Source of the DNA: a virus | Taxonomy: Duplodnaviria > Caudoviricetes | Length of the DNA: 64,000 nucleotides | Direction: 5' to 3' (one strand) | Virus record (IMG/VR): IMGVR_UViG_3300046678_000067 | Span: 52,827-116,826 of that record | Part shown: positions 54,099 to 63,747 of the stretch, piece after piece | Layout: each line of letters opens with the position of its first letter | Position numbering within the stretch: the first letter of the stretch is position 1 | Position numbers and translations under genes: made by a program | Notes under the pieces: generated by a model | What the model saw: only the letters and a program-made list of their open reading frames with translations | Told to the model about the DNA's origin: nothing | Database searches by the model: none

Positions 54099-55124
54099 AT
54101 GTCTGTTCTGATTGATAAGCAATATGTTAATTTTCTATCAGGACGCCTTGAAAGGTTTAAGTGGATTAGACCAAATGTGGCGTTGTGTAAGTGTCCTCAA
54201 TGCGGTGATGGTAGAAAGGGCACTCGCACGCGCTTCTATTTCTATGAGAATGTAAAGTATGGTTCTACGGGGTACAATGTTGAGTGTAAGAACTGCGGGT
54301 TTGCGATGTCGTTCCACAGCTTTCTGAAGGATTGGGACCCAGGTCTGTTCCGTGAATATCGTCTGGAAAAGTTCCGGGATAAATTCGGTAGAGAGCCTAG
54401 ACAAATGTTTCAGGAAGCGCCGACTGAAACGAGTCCTGTGATTGATCCTAGATTGGAGACAGTTGAGCTGGAAGGTGCAGTAAAGTTGTCTGAACTATCT
54501 GACGATAATCCTTGTGTTCAATATGTTAAGAGTCGTCTGATCCCAGATAAATACCTAGATTACCTGATGTATACGGATAACTTCAGAGTTATGACTGCGT
54601 CTTTCAAGGATGCGGAATATGCTCAGAAGATGCCAGAAGATGCGAGGCTCGTCATTCCATTTTACAATGAGTTTGGCGAGCTTTTGTGTTATCAGGGTCG
54701 ATCTTTAAAGCCTGACGATCGTATCCGTTACATTTCCGTGAAAAAGCACGATGCCGTATCAAAAGTGTTCGGAATGGATATGGTAGATCGTAGCAAGGAA
54801 GTCCGGGTATGTGAAGGTCCAATCGACAGTATGTTCATTAACAACTGTCTAGCTTCAGCCGATGCTGATTTGACCAAGGTTGAAGGCGATGTGTATATCT
54901 ATGATGCTCAGTATCGCAACAAGGATGTATGTCGTCATATCGACAAGGCAATCGAATCGGGGGTGAAGATGGTATTATTCCCGAAAGAGTTTGAATGGAA
55001 GGATATCAACGAGGCTGTGAAAGATGGTGGACTATCTTTGGATGATATTGAAAGAGTAATTAAGCAGAACACTTATCAGGGTCTTAAGGCCAAGTTGGTG
55101 TTCACAAAACTAAGAGGAACCTAA
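54099..55124 (+). CDS. gp61: DNA primase gp61
   Basis: CPQCGD..CKNC Zn finger, RLVIPF, QGRS, EGPIDS, KDINE. Confidence 0.95.
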   Translation: MSVLIDKQYVNFLSGRLERFKWIRPNVALCKCPQCGDGRKGTRTRFYFYENVKYGSTGYNVECKNCGFAMSFHSFLKDWDPGLFREYRLEKFRDKFGREPRQMFQEAPTETSPVIDPRLETVELEGAVKLSELSDDNPCVQYVKSRLIPDKYLDYLMYTDNFRVMTASFKDAEYAQKMPEDARLVIPFYNEFGELLCYQGRSLKPDDRIRYISVKKHDAVSKVFGMDMVDRSKEVRVCEGPIDSMFINNCLASADADLTKVEGDVYIYDAQYRNKDVCRHIDKAIESGVKMVLFPKEFEWKDINEAVKDGGLSLDDIERVIKQNTYQGLKAKLVFTKLRGT

Positions 55125-55125
55125 C

Positions 55126-56403
55126 TTGAGCATTAAAACAAAACTAACGTCGGAAGAAGTTGAACAACTACTACAGTTGGCGGAAGAAGGCCAGACAAAG
55201 ACTGCCATCGCGGCTGAACTGGGCATTTCTCGCTCAACTGTTAGTCGCCTTCTTGTGAAACTGAAGGGCATCCCCGAAGTATTTGAGTCTGTTGAAGATT
55301 TTGATGGTATTGACGATGCCGAAATCGTTGATGAGAATATCAAGCTGGCGAAGAAGGTATTCAAGCTGCAAGACGTTCAGCGAGTAGAACGCAAGTCTTT
55401 CCGGGAACACGCCCGCGTAGATAATATGATCCTAGCTCTTCATCAAAGTATGAAGGAAACGCTAGACAAGAATCAATTCTCTACGACCAGACTGCATGAA
55501 TATGAAGCTGGAGTTGCTCCGGTTGGGATCGTTCAACTAAGCGATGTCCACTTTAACGAACTGATTGATGACCTCCACGATAATGAGTTCAACTTCGAAG
55601 TCGCATCCAAGCGTCTACATAAGCTGATCCGCAAGGCGAAGCCGCTGTTCAAGGCTAACGGAGTCAAGGAAGTTGCATTGTTCCTTACGGGAGACTTGCT
55701 GAATAGTGATCGTCGTCTAGATGAAATCACAAATGCAGCAACTAACCGTTCTCGCGCAGTATTCCTAGCAGTTGACATTATTCAACAGATTATTATTGAT
55801 CTGAACCGAGATTTCAACGTAACTGTTGCAAGTATTACCGGAAATGAGTCCCGAGTTGGCGAACACGTCCACTTCTCGGATTTTCTAGCTGGCGATTCGT
55901 ATGATATCGTCATTCACAATATGCTAACCTATCTGTTTAAGGGTTCGGTTGGCGTTAAGTTTGTTCCGGTAGAAAATCCGGTGGAGGCAGTAGTCAATGT
56001 CAATGGCAACAATATTCTCCTTGTACATGGGAATCTACACAAGGGCATGGCTAGAAATCCTGAATCCGAAATCGAGAAAATCAAAGCTCGATACGCAATC
56101 CGAGGCACGCTGATCTCATACGTGCTGATGGGCCATATCCACTGTGCTCAAGTATCTGATCTCTATGCAAGATCGTCTGGACTACCTGGTAGCAACGCAT
56201 ATTCTGAACGAGCATTGAACCTTTCTGGTCGCGCATCACAGAACGTTTATCTTGTTCATAACAAGTTCGGTGAAATCGACGGCATCAAGATTGATCTACA
56301 AAATGTTGAAGATGAGCCGATGTATCGCTTTGATGAGACTCTGGTCGCATACCAGAAGAAGCAGAAGCAAGGCACATACACTATTCAGTCTGTGACCATC
56401 TAA
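55126..56403 (+). CDS. HTH-fused metallophosphoesterase
   Basis: N-terminal IAAELGISRSTVSR; SDVH, TGDL, GNESR, HG, GHIH. Confidence 0.75.
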   Translation: MSIKTKLTSEEVEQLLQLAEEGQTKTAIAAELGISRSTVSRLLVKLKGIPEVFESVEDFDGIDDAEIVDENIKLAKKVFKLQDVQRVERKSFREHARVDNMILALHQSMKETLDKNQFSTTRLHEYEAGVAPVGIVQLSDVHFNELIDDLHDNEFNFEVASKRLHKLIRKAKPLFKANGVKEVALFLTGDLLNSDRRLDEITNAATNRSRAVFLAVDIIQQIIIDLNRDFNVTVASITGNESRVGEHVHFSDFLAGDSYDIVIHNMLTYLFKGSVGVKFVPVENPVEAVVNVNGNNILLVHGNLHKGMARNPESEIEKIKARYAIRGTLISYVLMGHIHCAQVSDLYARSSGLPGSNAYSERALNLSGRASQNVYLVHNKFGEIDGIKIDLQNVEDEPMYRFDETLVAYQKKQKQGTYTIQSVTI

Positions 56404-56418
56404 AAACATATTTTACAT

Positions 56419-56447
56419 TTTACTTCCATAACGACATATAGTATAAT
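56419..56447 (+). promoter_or_regulatory. Early promoter TTTACT-N17-TATAAT
   Basis: Consensus match. Confidence 0.75.
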
Positions 56448-56486
56448 AGCTATATGTCGTTTTTTATTAACTGTACTGGAGATAAT

Positions 56487-56918
56487 ATGCCGTTGTTTCA
56501 TAAGGGCGATAAAGTAAAGGTCGTGAAAAAGGTTCACAGTAAATCCACCGTCGCTATTTGGGTCAAAGAAATGGACCAATACGTCAACGATGGTAAAGAA
56601 TATGTCGTTTTGAAAGATACTGATCGCCAAGGGGATACTCAAGTCAAGGTCGGTCCTGGTGAAGATTGGATTGACTTTTGGCATTTCCCTCCCGGATCAC
56701 TGGAGTTGGCTAATACGCAACTCACCGGACAAATCCAGGAAATTCCTGCGTATATCTACAACGGTCATACCTATACGCATAAGCAAGACCTCATTGGTAC
56801 AATCGCCAATGATTACATTTCGCAATTCACCGATGGTGAAGGTATCAGCGAAGCCTCTATTGATAAACTCATCGCAAATATGGAGCAACTGAAACAAGTA
56901 TGTCTGAAACTCAAGTAA
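56487..56918 (+). CDS. Hypothetical protein (SH3-like N-terminus, start MPLF)
   Basis: GGAG SD; FHKGDKVKVV. Confidence 0.6.
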   Translation: MPLFHKGDKVKVVKKVHSKSTVAIWVKEMDQYVNDGKEYVVLKDTDRQGDTQVKVGPGEDWIDFWHFPPGSLELANTQLTGQIQEIPAYIYNGHTYTHKQDLIGTIANDYISQFTDGEGISEASIDKLIANMEQLKQVCLKLK

Positions 56919-57265
56919 AGGTAGAAGTAGAAGAAGCGGCTGAGCCGACCGTTGAAGAAGTTGAACTGCTCGCGGCTCGTCAGCTGTTGAATGAATTGCT
57001 GATGATTAAGCGTCGTATCTATGGAATTCCGATGAACGGTGTTCTTCTGATGCAAGTCAAGCAGCTGATTCGCGGTCTGATGCGAAAGTATCAGGAATTT
57101 GGTCTGTTTAGTGACGATGATATCGCAGTGAAGTTCATCCGCAAGCAAAATGCGGTTGACTTTACACCTTCTGAGAATCTGCGTAAGCTGTTTGTTACGG
57201 TAACTTCGGAAGCTATGGAAGCTCAACAACAAAAGGAACAAAATGACTCAACCGATGAAGTTTGA
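56900..57265 (+). CDS. Hypothetical protein
   Basis: ORF in operon. Confidence 0.6.
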   Translation: MSETQVKVEVEEAAEPTVEEVELLAARQLLNELLMIKRRIYGIPMNGVLLMQVKQLIRGLMRKYQEFGLFSDDDIAVKFIRKQNAVDFTPSENLRKLFVTVTSEAMEAQQQKEQNDSTDEV

Positions 57266-57461
57266 CGGTAGCTATATCGATTTTGATAAAAATCGCAGCG
57301 TATTCGTGGCCAACAATGGCGAAGATTTTCTGTTGAAGTTTATCAACAAGGAAAACGTGGGTCAAGAGGAAATCGCATTCCTCCTGAGTCCTGAAGCAGC
57401 TGAGTTTGTTGCTACGAGTATTTTCGAGCAACTGTATCAGATGTTCCCCGATAAAGAATAA
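57243..57461 (+). CDS. Hypothetical protein
   Basis: ORF in operon. Confidence 0.6.
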   Translation: MTQPMKFDGSYIDFDKNRSVFVANNGEDFLLKFINKENVGQEEIAFLLSPEAAEFVATSIFEQLYQMFPDKE

Positions 57462-57483
57462 GATACCAAAAGGTAAAATAAGA

Positions 57484-58686
57484 ATGAGAAAGCTTGCTTC
57501 TATTCAAAAGATCACAAATATTCGTCCGATTCCTGGTGCGGATATGATCGAAACGGCAGACGTTCTTGGTTGGAGCGTTGTCGTAACCAAGGGTGATTTC
57601 GCAGTTGGTGACCTTGCGGTCTATTATGAGATTGACGCCTTCTTGAACTCCAACGATCCGCGTTATGCGTCGTTTGAACCTCGCTTCACCAACTGGGGTT
57701 CGAAGCGCGGTATGCGTCTGAAGACGATCAAGCTGCGTAAGCAAATCTCGCAGGGTCTGCTTCTGAAGGTCAAGGACTTCCCTGAGATCAAGAATCCGAC
57801 TGAAGGTGATGACGTCACCGAGTTGCTAAAGATTGAGAAGTGGGAAAGTTCCAGCGAAGCAAACGCGAATAGCAGCGGAGCTAATTCCAGCTGGGTATTC
57901 CCATCTTTCATCTTCAAGACAGATCAAGAACGCGTTCAGAACAGTGCAGGTCAAATCGTTAAGAACATTGACGAAGATTACGAAGCATCCATCAAGCTAG
58001 ATGGTTCTTCTATGACCGTGTTCCATCTGAACAAGAACTCGGCGTATTTTGAATCGTATCTGGAAGAAGTTCAGAAGCGCAACAATCGTAAGCTGGGTTT
58101 CTTCGGCAAGCTAATCTATGCGCTCAAGAAGAAGTTCGGTAAGATTGCTTCGCCGGATATTGTTCAAGGAGTCTGCTCGCGTAATGTGAATCTGGATCCG
58201 AAGGGAGATAGCACCTTTGCTAATTATGCAAAGGATCAAAGCATCTTCGAACGGCTGTCTAATCGAGATCAGAATATTGCCCTTCAAGGTGAACTGATTG
58301 CTCCGTCGATCCAAGGTAACTATGAGAAGGTTGATGGTTTCGAATATTACATCTATGATGTGTTCGATATTGATCAACAAGCATATATGCTTCCTGAATC
58401 TGCCCGCGAGGTTGTTGAGTCTCTTGGTCTGAACTATGTTCCGGTGCTGGCTAAGTCGATCAAACTTACAGATTTGGTCAAGGAACCTGGAGTTCTGGGT
58501 GATCTGAACGATCTGCGTAACAATGATGTTGGTATGCGTGCCCTGACCGATGCGATTCTTGCATATGCTGAAGGTCCGGGTAAGAATCCTGGCGTTAAGC
58601 GGGAAGGTGTAGTGTTCAAATCTAACAAATCGCAATTTAGCTTCAAGGCGATTTCTAACTCGTATCTGTTGAAACAAAAGGACTAA
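57484..58686 (+). CDS. RNA ligase, DRB0094/Rnl2-like with N-terminal OB-fold
   Basis: MRKLASIQ..IPGAD.IE..V.GW; KTDQER; motif I KLDGSS; QGEL; REGVV; FKAIS. Confidence 0.9.
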   Translation: MRKLASIQKITNIRPIPGADMIETADVLGWSVVVTKGDFAVGDLAVYYEIDAFLNSNDPRYASFEPRFTNWGSKRGMRLKTIKLRKQISQGLLLKVKDFPEIKNPTEGDDVTELLKIEKWESSSEANANSSGANSSWVFPSFIFKTDQERVQNSAGQIVKNIDEDYEASIKLDGSSMTVFHLNKNSAYFESYLEEVQKRNNRKLGFFGKLIYALKKKFGKIASPDIVQGVCSRNVNLDPKGDSTFANYAKDQSIFERLSNRDQNIALQGELIAPSIQGNYEKVDGFEYYIYDVFDIDQQAYMLPESAREVVESLGLNYVPVLAKSIKLTDLVKEPGVLGDLNDLRNNDVGMRALTDAILAYAEGPGKNPGVKREGVVFKSNKSQFSFKAISNSYLLKQKD

Positions 58687-58689
58687 ATC

Positions 58690-59055
58690 ATGATGAATCA
58701 AGAAATTAAGAAGGAATGGGTTGCCGATCTGCGTAGCGGCGAGATTATCAAGAATAGGTATGCTCTGCGTCAAGGCCGTAACCGTATGTGTGTTATGGGC
58801 GTTTTGTGTAACCTCCACGCAAAGCATCATCCTGATATCGCAGCGGTTCAACCGAAGATGAACGAGTATATGGGCAAATCGGTCACCCTTCCTGAGGAAG
58901 TTGCTGAGTGGGCCGGTCTGGGATATAACACCAATCCTGAAGTCTATCATGAGAGCAATGGTGGCTATTCTGGTCGCTATAGTCTTATGACTCTGAATGA
59001 TAATGGCGGTGTGACATTCAAGACGCTTGCCCGACTGATCGAAGAACAACTGTAA
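58690..59055 (+). CDS. Hypothetical protein
   Basis: WVADLRSG..C.MGVLC...LND. Confidence 0.65.
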   Translation: MMNQEIKKEWVADLRSGEIIKNRYALRQGRNRMCVMGVLCNLHAKHHPDIAAVQPKMNEYMGKSVTLPEEVAEWAGLGYNTNPEVYHESNGGYSGRYSLMTLNDNGGVTFKTLARLIEEQL

Positions 59056-59064
59056 GAGGTAAAT

Positions 59065-59532
59065 ATGAAACCTGGTGAAATGCTGAATACGATGCTTGTT
59101 TTGGCAGTCACCGGGCACGCAGGACAATACGATAAAGCTGGAAAGCCGTATATTCTGCATTGCCTGGCGGTTATGCACAAGCTTGGTAGTGATGATGAAG
59201 AGTTGAACTGTATTGCTGTCGGACACGATCTGTTTGAAGATACGGACATCACCGCTGCTGATCTCTACGACAAGGGTATCTCTGAACGAGTTATCCGAGG
59301 CATTAAGAATCTTACAAGGATTCCCGGCGAGACAAACGATGAATATATGTTCCGCGTTAAATCTGACTTGGATTCGATTAAGGTTAAGATGTCCGACTTG
59401 GAACACAATTCGGACATTCGACGGCTTAAGGGGCTGACCGAAAAGGATTTCAAACGGTTAGTCAAATATAACATGATGTATGCCAATCTAAAGGCAACGC
59501 TGGAGAATTATGGACACGATCACTCAACTTGA
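59065..59532 (+). CDS. HD-domain (p)ppGpp-hydrolase-like protein (SAH/Mesh1 type)
   Basis: H.GQYDKAGKPYILH, HDLFEDT, VKMSDLEHN. Confidence 0.8.
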   Translation: MKPGEMLNTMLVLAVTGHAGQYDKAGKPYILHCLAVMHKLGSDDEELNCIAVGHDLFEDTDITAADLYDKGISERVIRGIKNLTRIPGETNDEYMFRVKSDLDSIKVKMSDLEHNSDIRRLKGLTEKDFKRLVKYNMMYANLKATLENYGHDHST

Positions 59533-59803
59533 AATTTTGTATATCGTCAGCGCGGTGATCTGCGCTGTTTTGTATCCGTTCGATAATGCTAAGTCGGCTC
59601 AATATAAGGGCAGATATAATAGAGGTCAAATATCTCTCAGATTCTATCTGACTTGGGGACATATCGTTCGTGGGTTCCTATTGGGCCTGCTCCCGGTAAT
59701 CAACACAATCTATGTTGCTATCAGTATCTTCACCGGCGTGGCGGATTTTGTCTCGGATATGGACAACAAGAATGTGTTTACACCTAAAGGGTCCGACCGA
59801 TGA
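59510..59803 (+). CDS. Membrane protein
   Basis: Two hydrophobic segments. Confidence 0.6.
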   Translation: MDTITQLEILYIVSAVICAVLYPFDNAKSAQYKGRYNRGQISLRFYLTWGHIVRGFLLGLLPVINTIYVAISIFTGVADFVSDMDNKNVFTPKGSDR

Positions 59804-60003
59804 GCAAAGAAAAGCAAGTTCCAATTGAAACTGTTTATAAGGTTGAGGGGTTGGAGTTTAAATCCCTAACCAACGCGATGGATCATGTTCGTAAGATTCA
59901 AATTACTGAATTTGTCAACGAATTTGAAGTTGCGACGGCTGAGGATGTTATCAACCTAATCGTCAACAATCGCTATTTTGTAATGAATATTCTGAAGGAT
60001 TAA
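59800..60003 (+). CDS. Hypothetical protein
   Basis: ATGA coupling. Confidence 0.6.
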   Translation: MSKEKQVPIETVYKVEGLEFKSLTNAMDHVRKIQITEFVNEFEVATAEDVINLIVNNRYFVMNILKD

Positions 60004-60004
60004 A

Positions 60005-60313
60005 ATGAACGCACAAGAATTTGCATATTGGCTTAACGGCTTTGCTGAACTACAAGTTGTCGATACGCCTCCGACAACTGCTCAATGGAAGTCGATTAAG
60101 GAACATCTGAAGCTGACGTTCACGAAAGTTACTCCTGAAGTCAATGTTACTACGGTAACTCCAACTCAGGGTCTAGGAGTGAAGGATTTGGAAGAATTAG
60201 TGAAGAGGATTAACAATTATCCCATGCAACCGTCAACTCCGTATGAACCGTATGATTGGACAAGATCAGTCACTACGCTACCCTACACTCCTGGCACAAT
60301 CGTTACCTGCTGA
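60005..60313 (+). CDS. Hypothetical protein
   Basis: EFAYWLNGFAE...QW..IKEHL, a common phage family pattern. Confidence 0.7.
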   Translation: MNAQEFAYWLNGFAELQVVDTPPTTAQWKSIKEHLKLTFTKVTPEVNVTTVTPTQGLGVKDLEELVKRINNYPMQPSTPYEPYDWTRSVTTLPYTPGTIVTC

Positions 60314-60519
60314 TGGTCACCAAAGATCAAATTCGTGAAGTCTTTCTTCGGAACGGCTTCACTATCAAGGAAGGCCACACCGATCTGAAGCCGTATGTTT
60401 ATGATGCGGCTAATGAATTAGCAACTATGGTAGCCGAGGACATCTGCGAAATGCTTCGAAAATCGTATGATGAATCTTTACAAAAACAAAAGGATTTTGA
60501 TAACCGTGGAAGTCGTTGA
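60313..60519 (+). CDS. Hypothetical protein (start MVTKD)
   Basis: TGATG coupling; IREVFL.NGFTIKEG..DLKPYVY. Confidence 0.6.
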   Translation: MVTKDQIREVFLRNGFTIKEGHTDLKPYVYDAANELATMVAEDICEMLRKSYDESLQKQKDFDNRGSR

Positions 60520-60904
60520 AAATATTGGTACCATCATTGGCCGAGGCCACTTCATTGAGAACCGCACCTCAGGTCAATACAACTTTGATTTCACGCAACA
60601 TTGCGTTATCCTAGCTGAAGAGCCTGCGGAGTTTCTGGTTTCGTACTTCGATACCAAAACAATGACTCAAACTCAGCGATATATCAAAAAGTCAGACTTC
60701 TATGTGAAGACTGAAGCTAAAGAAAAGTCATATTGGGTGATCAAGAACGAAATGACCGGCGAATATTGGTCGGCGGCCCGTAGTCCTTCAACTGCACCTC
60801 AGTTGTATTTGACTAAAGGTAAGGCGGAAGGTAGATGTAAGCAAGTCGGTGGGGATCCAAACTGGAAAGTCAAGAAGTGGACCATCACGGAGACTAACGA
60901 TTGA
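60467..60904 (+). CDS. Hypothetical protein
   Basis: ORF in operon. Confidence 0.55.
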   Translation: MMNLYKNKRILITVEVVENIGTIIGRGHFIENRTSGQYNFDFTQHCVILAEEPAEFLVSYFDTKTMTQTQRYIKKSDFYVKTEAKEKSYWVIKNEMTGEYWSAARSPSTAPQLYLTKGKAEGRCKQVGGDPNWKVKKWTITETND

Positions 60905-61437
60905 TTGTAATTAACCTGTTTGCAGGACCGGGTGCGGGCAAATCCACTAATGCGGCGGGTTTGTTCTCTCTGATGAAGCGAAACTACTTCAACGTTGAAC
61001 TTGTGCAAGAATATGCCAAGGATTTGACCTATGAAGAGCGGTTTCGTGACCGGGCAGACCAGCTTTCAGTCCTGGCTAACCAAAATAAGCGGTTGCGTCG
61101 CCTAACCCGATCTGTAGATTTTGCAATTACAGATGGGGCTTTGCTTAATAGCATCGTGTATGCAGGCAAGGATTTCTATATTCCCAATTTTGATGCGGTC
61201 GTCAAGGCCGTACATGACCAATATAATAACATCAATTTCTACCTTGAGCGCACTAAGAAGTATGTTCCAATTGGTAGAGACCAGACCGAATCTCAAGCTA
61301 GAGCCTTAGATGTTGACGTGTCTTGGATGTTGGCTGATAATAAAATCCCATATACCAAAATTGTGGCTGATGATACCGCCCCTCAAGTGATGATGGAAAC
61401 CATTAAGAGTATGATTCAACAGGACATTTCAGCTTAA
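60901..61437 (+). CDS. P-loop ATPase/kinase (NadR-like AAA_28)
   Basis: INLFAGPGAGKST, EYAKD, ITD, GR.Q. Confidence 0.8.
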   Translation: MIVINLFAGPGAGKSTNAAGLFSLMKRNYFNVELVQEYAKDLTYEERFRDRADQLSVLANQNKRLRRLTRSVDFAITDGALLNSIVYAGKDFYIPNFDAVVKAVHDQYNNINFYLERTKKYVPIGRDQTESQARALDVDVSWMLADNKIPYTKIVADDTAPQVMMETIKSMIQQDISA

Positions 61438-61441
61438 CTGC

Positions 61442-61470
61442 TTTACTTCGCATTTCACATAGCGTATAAT
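61442..61470 (+). promoter_or_regulatory. Early promoter TTTACT-N17-TATAAT
   Basis: Consensus match. Confidence 0.75.
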
Positions 61471-61516
61471 ACTAGTATGCGTTCGATAACGAACGCTATA
61501 ACCTAAAAGGATTAAG

Positions 61517-62224
61517 ATGGAACTGTTTCACAAAATCAATGAACTCCGTTTGGCCGCTTTCAAGGCAGGCGATAAGTTTCTCCATAGCGTTCTGACGAAC
61601 GTGTTCTCTGATGTTGCTCCGGTTGGCACTGAAGCCGCTGCCGGTGTGGTTCCGACTGACGACCAAGTTCAAGCAGTTGTGAAGAAGCATCTGGATGGCG
61701 TGACCGATACCCTGAAGGCAATCGCAGGTAAGGCAGATCAAGACGTCATCGCTCTGAAGGAAAAGGAAAAGGCGATTCTGGAAGGTCTGCGTCCCTCGCA
61801 ACTCGATGCAGCTGCACTTGCTGCGGTACACGATGAAGTTCAGCCGGATACCCTGAAAGGTTGGATGGCTCACCTGAAGGCGCACTTCACGCATCGCTAT
61901 GACGGCAAGGTTGCAAAGACGGTTTTCGAAACGGCTCAAAGCGAAGCAGCCGCTGCAGTTGAGAATCAAGGCAACTATTCGAGCACTGACCCGGTTGCAG
62001 TTGAGGGAAACGTGGTGGCACCAGTAGCAAACGATTCGTCTGCCCCTGGTGCGGAACCGTCAGTCCCCAATTCGCCTGCTGTTGAAATTGACGATGCTGC
62101 CCCGTCGAGCACTGAACCTGTCGTTGCTCCGGTTGTGATCGAAGCGCCGGTTGGTGATACCTTCCAGGCTCCGGTTGCCGCCGAAGTAGTTCAAGAAGCG
62201 CCTGCAGCAGAAGTTACCCAGTAA
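61517..62224 (+). CDS. GatB/YqeY-like domain protein with disordered Ala/Pro/Glu tail
   Basis: AAFKAGDK, TDDQVQAVVKK, E..ILE...PSQL, YDGK. Confidence 0.65.
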   Translation: MELFHKINELRLAAFKAGDKFLHSVLTNVFSDVAPVGTEAAAGVVPTDDQVQAVVKKHLDGVTDTLKAIAGKADQDVIALKEKEKAILEGLRPSQLDAAALAAVHDEVQPDTLKGWMAHLKAHFTHRYDGKVAKTVFETAQSEAAAAVENQGNYSSTDPVAVEGNVVAPVANDSSAPGAEPSVPNSPAVEIDDAAPSSTEPVVAPVVIEAPVGDTFQAPVAAEVVQEAPAAEVTQ

Positions 62225-62226
62225 TG

Positions 62227-62256
62227 AAAAAGCGGCCTTCGGGTCGCATTTCTTTT
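62227..62256 (+). terminator. Terminator
   Basis: GCGGCC-TTCG-GGTCGC + T-rich tail. Confidence 0.7.
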
Positions 62257-62267
62257 AAGGATTTGTA

Positions 62268-62609
62268 ATGTTTGTGTATAACAAGACCGATAACGTTTTT
62301 AAGGCTGGAGAGAAAGTTTGGATTGCAAACACTCTGCTACCCTCGGAAACGCCTTTTGAAGTGCAAGTGATTAAGGTCATTCCTTCTGAAGAGACTTTCG
62401 GTTTGGGTCTGCACTACTTGCTGTATATTACAACTTGGATTGAAGACCGCCTAGAAGTTCGTCCGGCCAATCAGGTGTTCCGCAGCAAGGATCAATTTGA
62501 ATCAATCTGTAAAGATGTTACAGATCAACGAAGGAGTTTGAGAGAAAATGCGCAAGGTATTGCTGATTTGTTTAACCGCCCTATTCCTGTCCGCGTGCAG
62601 CCAAGTTAG
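62268..62609 (+). CDS. Hypothetical protein
   Basis: AGGA SD. Confidence 0.6.
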   Translation: MFVYNKTDNVFKAGEKVWIANTLLPSETPFEVQVIKVIPSEETFGLGLHYLLYITTWIEDRLEVRPANQVFRSKDQFESICKDVTDQRRSLRENAQGIADLFNRPIPVRVQPS

Positions 62610-62769
62610 AGTTGTTTGTTCGTCGGATGGTGACTTGATTCAACAAGTTGTATCGCCGTGGGGCAATACTACCAAAGTATTGGAAGCTGATAACCAGGTT
62701 TGCACCTATAACCCGGACGGCTCGTACACGGTCCAGGATATGGATCAACCTGCTTCTGAAGCGGAATAA
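62548..62769 (+). CDS. Small lipoprotein
   Basis: Lipobox LSAC after hydrophobic stretch. Confidence 0.65.
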   Translation: MRKVLLICLTALFLSACSQVRVVCSSDGDLIQQVVSPWGNTTKVLEADNQVCTYNPDGSYTVQDMDQPASEAE

Positions 62770-62957
62770 TACAAGTGAACGAATTTGACGCCGTGCAGTT
62801 ATTGTTATCCTTCAATGATATTTTCTTTTGCGGGTTTACTCCAGTAAAGCGAAAACCGGACCCGTTTGAAGGACATACTACGATAATTACATGGCGGCCA
62901 GATCCAAACCGCCCAGCAGGTTGGTTCCGAGTTAAACGAGAATTTTTGTGAGGTTGA

Positions 62958-63320
62958 ATGTTAGTAATCAAGTATGACCCGGATTTCGGTGATGTAGTTC
63001 CTGATAGTAAAGTTGCTAATTATGTTACCCAATGTATTAACGGTGCTCGTGTATCAACTCATTATTATCGGGTTGGTTCTGAACTGATCCTAGATGAATT
63101 CAGACTAAGAGTTGCTCAAGGTAAACTTCTTCCTGGAAACATAGAAATTACATACAAAGGCAAAACTTATAAGATGACGGAATTCGGAGTTATCTTGGAT
63201 GATGGAATTCCTTCTCCTAGTACCGATGTAACATATCAAATCGTAAGGAATGCAACAATTCGAAGCAAGGCAAGACGAGCAGAATTCGTAGAAAGATGTA
63301 AGAAACAGGTTGATGTGTGA
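62958..63320 (+). CDS. Hypothetical protein
   Basis: GAGG SD. Confidence 0.6.
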   Translation: MLVIKYDPDFGDVVPDSKVANYVTQCINGARVSTHYYRVGSELILDEFRLRVAQGKLLPGNIEITYKGKTYKMTEFGVILDDGIPSPSTDVTYQIVRNATIRSKARRAEFVERCKKQVDV

Positions 63321-63586
63321 CTGTTGTTCATTGCCAACGCGATGAGTATGATGTCTATATCGGGCGTCCAAGTAAGTGGGGCAATCCTTTTGAAATAGGG
63401 AAGGATGGCACCAGAACAGAAGTAATTGAGAAGTTCAGGAAATGGATTCAAACTCAGCCTGAACTTCTCAGTGCCTTGTCTGAGTTAGAAGGTAAGCGAC
63501 TAGGCTGTTGGTGCAAGCCTTTAAAGTGCCACGGAGACGTGTTACATGAACTAGCAAATAGAGAAAGGTTATTTGAAGAATGGTAG
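63317..63586 (+). CDS. DUF4326-like protein
   Basis: YIGRPSKWGNPF...LGCWC.P..CHGDVL. Confidence 0.85.
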   Translation: MTVVHCQRDEYDVYIGRPSKWGNPFEIGKDGTRTEVIEKFRKWIQTQPELLSALSELEGKRLGCWCKPLKCHGDVLHELANRERLFEEW

Positions 63587-63747
63587 AAATTAATGAAGAC
63601 ATCTTCAAGGATGTCGGAATCGAAAAGGTTGAGGTCTACAACAAAGTAGGTTTCAGTATCGCTGCATATAACGGCAATGAAGTGTTTATCGACAACGCCT
63701 GTGTTCGTGAGTTGTTCCGTATTGTAGAGGCAAATGATGCAGCTTAA
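63580..63747 (+). CDS. Small hypothetical protein (55 aa)
   Basis: Own reading MVEINEDIF...; overlaps both neighbours. Confidence 0.5.
   Translation: MVEINEDIFKDVGIEKVEVYNKVGFSIAAYNGNEVFIDNACVRELFRIVEANDAA

Noticed and set aside
58111-59406. 431-aa minus-strand ORF
   Set aside because: Lies antisense across three coherent + strand genes; no recognisable protein features.
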